Below are positions 8,841-13,776 of a stretch of DNA of 13,776 bases, piece after piece; the first letter of the stretch is position 1; each line of letters begins with the position of its first letter. The notes under the pieces are model-generated. The model had not been told where the DNA came from and searched no databases. It worked only from the letters and a program-made list of their open reading frames with translations. The DNA is taken from positions 1 through 13,776 of the forward strand of contig JAHQWW010000099.1 of assembly GCA_029856365.1 (NCBI GenBank). The letters run 5' to 3'. The stretch comes from Candidatus Hodarchaeota archaeon. Its GTDB lineage: Archaea > Asgardarchaeota > Heimdallarchaeia > Hodarchaeales > Hodarchaeaceae. Both the position numbers and the translations under genes were made by a program.

Positions 8841-9694
8841 GTGAAGTATGGAATCAATATAATCTGTTTTATTGGTCGAACCCAAAAGAAGGGAATTGAA
8901 TTTCATATTGAATGTGCAGAAGCAGCTGAAGATGCAGGATGGGATGGTTTTTTCATCTGGGACCATATTTGGGGTTTTTGGGATAATCACCCATTAAAAG
9001 TCTTAGATCCTTGGATAATCCTGTCTGCTGTTGCAGCAAGAACTGAAAGAATAAAAATTGGCCCTATGGTGACCCCTTTGGCACGTAGGAGACCATGGAA
9101 AGTCGCGAGAGAAACTGTCACTTTGGATCACTTATCAGGAGGCCGACTGATACTTGGGGTTGGATTAGGGGGTAACTTTGAGGAATTTGGTCTTTTTAAT
9201 GAGCCAATGGATCCAAAAATCAGAGCTGAAAAACTTGATGAAGGTTTAGAGATACTCATAGGGTTATGGGGAGGAAAACCTTTCTCTTATGATGGTAAAC
9301 ATTACAATATCAAAGAGGTAATATTTATTCCTAGACCAATTCAGGAACCAAGAATTCCCATTTGGATTGCTGATATTGGCCTAATAAATTACCTTTTTAT
9401 CGTGCTGCAAATTATGATGGTGTTGTCCCTGCAGCAGAGTTTGGTGTTGATTTTGGTCCTGACAAGCTAAAAGATGTATTAAATATTATAAAGAAGAAGA
9501 GAGACAATCTTGAAGGATTTGAAGTTGTAGGTGGTGGTACAACGACAGGCATTGATACATCGCAAGATACTGAAATCGTTCAACCTTGGCATGAAGCTGG
9601 GGCAACTTGGTTTATGGAACACATCAATGATTGGATTGGTACTGAAGAAGAGCTTCTCACACGTATTCAAAGAGGCCCTCCCGATATTGATTAA
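8841..9694 (+). pseudogene. LLM-class (luciferase-like) flavin-dependent oxidoreductase with one frameshift at ~9372
   Basis: AEDAGWDGFFIWDH, DPW, VTPLARRRPW, LDHLSGGRL. After IPIWIA the homology continues in another frame from 9374 (YWPNKLPFYRAANYDGVVP...EAGATWFME...RIQRGPPDID*) to TAA 9692-9694. Either a real lesion or a sequencing error. Confidence 0.9.
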
Positions 9695-9723
9695 ACAATA
9701 ACTTTTATTGGTAGCTGATTATA

Positions 9724-10554
9724 GTGTTGGATTCTGTAGCTTTAGTGAAATATGAGAATGATATCAGAAAGACTCTATCCACTGGTATTGGGCTTATTGA
9801 TGGATTTAAAAACTTGCAATCGCCTGTCCTAATCAAACCAAATATTTGTACGCAGACAGATAAGACTGGTTTTGCAGTAAATGATGTTCGGGTAGTTGAG
9901 GCGTTAATAAAACTGATTCTTAAAGAGAACCAAGATCTATCCATTAAGATTGTGGAATCAGACAGTGTAAGCAAGTATGCTGATGAAGCTTTTATCAAAT
10001 TTGGTTACAGAAGTCTAGAAGAAAAAATGCAAACATCTGGTTTTGATGTATCCTTAATCAATCTTAGTCATTCCCCTACAGTTGAAATCAATTTCAAAGG
10101 AAGTTATTTTACAAATCCAAAGCTTCCGGAAATCCTTGTTGGTTCAAAGTTTTTAATTTCTTTAGCTATAGCAAAAACTCATTTTTTAACTTTCTTAACT
10201 GGAACTTTGAAGAATCTTTTTGGTCTACTCCCTAGAAAGGATCAAACATTCTATCATCCTCATATTAACGATGTCATTGTTGACATAAACAGGTTAATTC
10301 GGCCTAGTCTCTGTATTGTTGATGCTAGAGTAGGTCTTGAGGGTTGGGCAGGGCCAAAATCAAGACGTTTAGATAGATTCATAATAGGAAGGAAACCTGT
10401 GTCAACAGATGCCACTATGGCTAGGATTATGGGATTTAAACCTGAAGAAGTTCTTCACTTGGTCGAAGCAGAGAAGTATGATCTAGGTTCGATGAATCCT
10501 ACTGTTCTTGGGGAGAAGATTGAAGCTTCAACAGTAAAATTCAACCCTCCATAA
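9724..10554 (+). CDS. DUF362 domain-containing protein
   Basis: VLIKPN, IVESD, AKTH..TFLTGTLKNLFG, H..I..VIVD, IVDA..G.EG.GP, PVSTDA..ARIMGF motifs. Confidence 0.9.
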   Translation: MLDSVALVKYENDIRKTLSTGIGLIDGFKNLQSPVLIKPNICTQTDKTGFAVNDVRVVEALIKLILKENQDLSIKIVESDSVSKYADEAFIKFGYRSLEEKMQTSGFDVSLINLSHSPTVEINFKGSYFTNPKLPEILVGSKFLISLAIAKTHFLTFLTGTLKNLFGLLPRKDQTFYHPHINDVIVDINRLIRPSLCIVDARVGLEGWAGPKSRRLDRFIIGRKPVSTDATMARIMGFKPEEVLHLVEAEKYDLGSMNPTVLGEKIEASTVKFNPP

Positions 10555-10595
10555 GTTTCTATTAATTATATAATGCAGCTTCTTGGGTTTTATTC

Positions 10596-10862
10596 CTAAA
10601 CTTTCTTTGCTTCTTTTAAGAAATCGAGGGCTTTCTCTTCAAATGGTATAGTGGATCTTAGAATTGCTGCTCCTAGAAATTATGTAGATCTATGCATCCT
10701 GACCATAGTAGGAACACACGTTAATTTTCCTTCTTTTGAGGCAAGAAAAGTATTATTTTCTAAGACTGAATCTTTATGATTTCTTTCCATCATCTTATCG
10801 AAAGATCTTCTCTTCATTCTATATTCACGTACTAATTCTAAATGAATTAAGGTAGTTACCAT
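10596..10862 (-). pseudogene. Collapsed remnant gene; its tail resembles the C-terminus of the adjacent 492-aa regulator
   Basis: The 60-aa ORF continues in frame after TAA (10680-10682) as FLGAAILRSTIPFEEKALDFLKEAKKV*, compared with GADLLLKAKDYEESGIKYLEQAAKQW in the neighbour. Confidence 0.55.
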
Positions 10863-10880
10863 TTTTTATCCCTATTTTTA

Positions 10881-11012
10881 ATATTATTCAATTTTTGTTC
10901 AATAATTTTAGTTATATTATTCAAAAGTTATTGAACATAATTTATTAATAAACTTTGTGATTGTTGAAAGTTATTCAATTATTTTTGAAAAGATATTCAC
11001 AAATCTTATATA
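10881..11012. promoter_or_regulatory. Divergent promoter region with ~11-bp-phased TT(C/G)AA boxes and a TATA box
   Basis: Boxes start at 10887, 10898, 10920, 10931, 10964, 10974, 10985 and 10996 (last one TTCAC); TTATATA at 11006-11012. Confidence 0.7.
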
Positions 11013-11034
11013 ATAATTAGTGATTTTGCATTAA

Positions 11035-12513
11035 TTGAATTTCAAATTGAAATCTACTAATAATGATGATATAGCTCAAGATTTCCCTCTTGGTTCACTA
11101 GAAGGTATCATCGATCTTTTAAAAGCTACTGCACATGATACACGTTTACAAATTTTAGTCTATTTATCCAATTCTGAAAAATCCCTTCCTTATTTACACG
11201 AACACATTAAAGCTAAGTTTGCTAGCAAAGGAAAAGTAAGTAAAACTGCACTTGCTCATCATCTAAATCAACTTATAGACACAGGATTAATTGAAAAAAC
11301 GGCCCGAGGAATGTATAGCCTTACTGAATACGGTTCAGTTTACATTAAACAGATGAGAACAGTTTTAGAAACATATAGCGTGAGGAATCAAATTCTTTCT
11401 GAACCTGAAAAGCAGAAGGAATTCACACATGTATCAGATTATCTTAAAGCAAGTTCTGAAACTTCAGAAAATATGGTTAGTGTGAATCCTCTGTATCAGA
11501 GTGGATGGAATTCTTATATCTCTTCTGTTTCTGGAGTACTAGAATCTCTTGGCGTTAATGATGACTATATTCAATTGAGTGGACATTCAGCATATTGTTT
11601 TATATTTAAAGTATCCATAGGGGCAATATCTTTCTTGGGAGAAGGAATATTATCCGATAAGGCATGGGAGGAGATTTACAAGGGAACAGAAAGTTTTGGG
11701 TGGAAAATCAATGAGTGGAAGTCTGAACGAGTATATCCCCACATGTGGAACTTAACTGGAGAAGATTTTGAGACAGCAAAAGAAATGTTTTATCGTATTC
11801 GTTTTATAATTGATGAGTATGATACTCCAGTAGTTTTGTGGGGTCTTCGTGTTCCCAATTTTGGTATCGTCAAGGGTTACGACGATGATAGTTATATTGT
11901 AAGCACCTATTATCGTAAAGAAGCTCTTAAAGACACACCAGTAAGATATGACTCGATTTATGCTCATGGATCATTTAAATTTCTTTATTTTACTAAAAGT
12001 GCTGATATTAAATCTGTGGAGGAAGAGGATAAAATATCCATCTTAAGAGCTATCAATATGGCTAAAGGAGTAAATGTTACACCTGAAAATACTATACTTG
12101 GGTATAAATATATTTCAGGACCAAAGGCTTATAATGAGTTTGCAGACATTCTTTTGAATTTTGACACAACAATACCTGATATTGCTACTGGATTTCATGG
12201 TAGATATTATCAAGATGCAAAAGCAGTTGCTACGGATTACCTTGAACGACTGGCACGAAAATATGCTAGTTTACCACAAGGAGAGTTATTACTTAATGCT
12301 AGTAAACAATACCGTGTGATAAAAAACATTTTTGAAGAATTTATGGTTCTTTTCCCTTATTATAACATTAAATCTAATAAATCTAAAAAAGGAATGACCG
12401 AAGAGAAGAGGAAAAAGGGAGCTGACCTTTTGTTAAAAGCAAAGGATTATGAAGAATCTGGCATTAAATATCTAGAACAAGCTGCTAAGCAATGGAAATC
12501 TTCTTCAAGATAA
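11035..12513 (+). CDS. ArsR-family winged-helix regulator fused to a large C-terminal domain (possibly BtrH_N/papain-like fold)
   Basis: LLKATAHDTRLQILVYL...SKTALAHHLNQLIDTGLIEK..RGMYSLT; C-domain with SGHSAYCF, PVVLWG..PNFGIVKGYDD and SGPKAY. The fold assignment is tentative. Confidence 0.8.
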   Translation: MNFKLKSTNNDDIAQDFPLGSLEGIIDLLKATAHDTRLQILVYLSNSEKSLPYLHEHIKAKFASKGKVSKTALAHHLNQLIDTGLIEKTARGMYSLTEYGSVYIKQMRTVLETYSVRNQILSEPEKQKEFTHVSDYLKASSETSENMVSVNPLYQSGWNSYISSVSGVLESLGVNDDYIQLSGHSAYCFIFKVSIGAISFLGEGILSDKAWEEIYKGTESFGWKINEWKSERVYPHMWNLTGEDFETAKEMFYRIRFIIDEYDTPVVLWGLRVPNFGIVKGYDDDSYIVSTYYRKEALKDTPVRYDSIYAHGSFKFLYFTKSADIKSVEEEDKISILRAINMAKGVNVTPENTILGYKYISGPKAYNEFADILLNFDTTIPDIATGFHGRYYQDAKAVATDYLERLARKYASLPQGELLLNASKQYRVIKNIFEEFMVLFPYYNIKSNKSKKGMTEEKRKKGADLLLKAKDYEESGIKYLEQAAKQWKSSSR

Positions 12514-12562
12514 TCAATTATTGGACTCTTATTTAATTTACACCATTCTATTATGGTTATAA

Positions 12563-13435
12563 CCTCTAAACATACGTAAACAGATTTATGCACAAACTTT
12601 CGGAATTTATGGGTTTTCTGAATATTATAAGGCCTGTGGAGATGTAGAGAGTCTTCATCACGCACAAGACCTTTTTTGGTTGATAGAAAAATATAATTTT
12701 GACGAAGAAAATAATGGTTATATTGAAGCATTCGAGAAAAAATGGTAACCGTTGTAAGATATGCGACTAAGTAAAAAAGATGCTAATTAACCAAAATCAA
12801 TGAATACTCATTTACATATTCTAGAAGCCTACACAAATCTATATCATATCTGGAAGGAAAAAATACTTAATAAGCAGATTGAAAACTTATTGTGGATTTT
12901 CTCAATAAAATAATCGACCAGAAATCTCATCATTTTCAGTTATTTTTTGATTTAAGTTGGGGGTAAAGTCCTCAATAATTTCATATTCTCATGATATTGA
13001 AGGATCATGGCTATTTACTGAAGCTGCTGAAGCACTAGGAAATGAGAAATTATTGAAAGAGATAAAAAATGTCGCCATAAAGTTAGTTGATAGAACTATG
13101 AGGGAAGGAACAGATAAAAGTAGTGTTCTCTCATCTATGAATGTGATAAAAAAAACTAGAGATATAGATTTTGATAAGCATTGATGGTTCAAGCCGAAGA
13201 AATGATCGGATTAATAAACGCTTGGCAGATAACAGGAAATCAACAATATTTGAAGAAAATGGTTGATATCTGGTATTATATTACAAAATTCATTATTAAT
13301 GTTAAATATGGAGAATGCAACGCCATAATTAATAAATTCAACCAAGTTATCACAACAGGGGATAGAGTTGGATTCTGGAAAGGCCCCTATCATAATACAA
13401 GGGCTTGTATAGAGGTTATTAATCGTTTAGTTTAG
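12563..13435 (+). pseudogene. AGE-family epimerase (cellobiose 2-epimerase / N-acylglucosamine 2-epimerase-like) pseudogene, 5'-truncated
   Basis: RKQIYAQTFGIYGFSEYY, GYIEA, KSMNTHLHILEAYTNL, SYSHDIEGSWL, VQAE, FWKGPYHNTRAC. Stops at 12746, 12755, 12788 and 13182; frameshifts near 12899, 12961 and 13187. Confidence 0.93.
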
Positions 13436-13776
13436 CGGAAATTACTGCGATTATGTCAATCTCAATCTTTATTTCCTCGATTGGTGAAAAAGCTTGGATT
13501 GTAACGCGAGTAGGTTCATATCCAGCCTTGAAAAATTCTCGATATACTTGATCCATCTGATTAAATTCATTAGCATCTTTCATAAAGATGGTAACCTTCA
13601 CGATATTATCCATTGAAGTCCCCGAAGATTCTAATAAAAACTGTACATTTTGTAATGCTTTTCGTGTTTGCTGCTCAATCGTTCCAGGGATAATATCACC
13701 TGTTTTCAAATCGCAAGATAATTGGCTAGAAAGAAATAATAAATCCCCAGCTTTAACAACATGATTAAATGGACTT
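13419..13776 (-). CDS. RidA/YjgF/UK114 family imine deaminase (5' end outside the window)
   Basis: Frame is open to the window edge (SPFNHVVKAGDLLFLSSQL); IEQQTRKALQN, IVKVTIFM, PTRVT (catalytic Arg) and IEIDIIA. Confidence 0.93.
   Translation of the reverse strand, partial: SPFNHVVKAGDLLFLSSQLSCDLKTGDIIPGTIEQQTRKALQNVQFLLESSGTSMDNIVKVTIFMKDANEFNQMDQVYREFFKAGYEPTRVTIQAFSPIEEIKIEIDIIAVISAKLND

Noticed and set aside
9479-9998. Antisense ORFs 9479-9670 and 9705-9998
   Set aside because: They lie opposite the frameshifted LLM C-terminus and the DUF362 gene.
12746-13184. Stop-codon reassignment or selenocysteine readthrough in the epimerase
   Set aside because: The stops are mixed TAA/TGA and come with frameshifts; other genes here end normally at TAA, TAG and TGA.
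11752-13393. Antisense ORFs 11752-11967, 12447-12731, 12989-13192 and 13211-13393
   Set aside because: They lie opposite the ArsR fusion gene and the epimerase pseudogene and have no recognisable motifs.

Overview
AT-rich accessory region, probably from an archaeon. The BRE/TATA promoters, GGTGA/GGAG ribosome-binding sites, an RHDxxN-type histidine kinase and long winged-helix regulators suggest Asgard/Heimdallarchaeia; this is inferred, not established. Gene order: SAM methyltransferase; PAS histidine kinase with an N-terminal VapB-like ribbon-helix-helix; DinB-family protein; membrane-anchored transglutaminase-like protein; orphan VapB antitoxin; a winged-helix regulator divergent from an MFS / C45 Ntn-hydrolase / LLM oxidoreductase (frameshifted) / DUF362 cluster, with three palindromic operators in between; a collapsed small gene divergent from a large ArsR-type regulator across a helically phased TT(C/G)AA array; a decayed cellobiose 2-epimerase/AGE pseudogene; and a RidA gene cut by the window edge. 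Several unannotated gene remnants suggest high gene turnover. No rRNA, tRNA, CRISPR array or transposase was seen.
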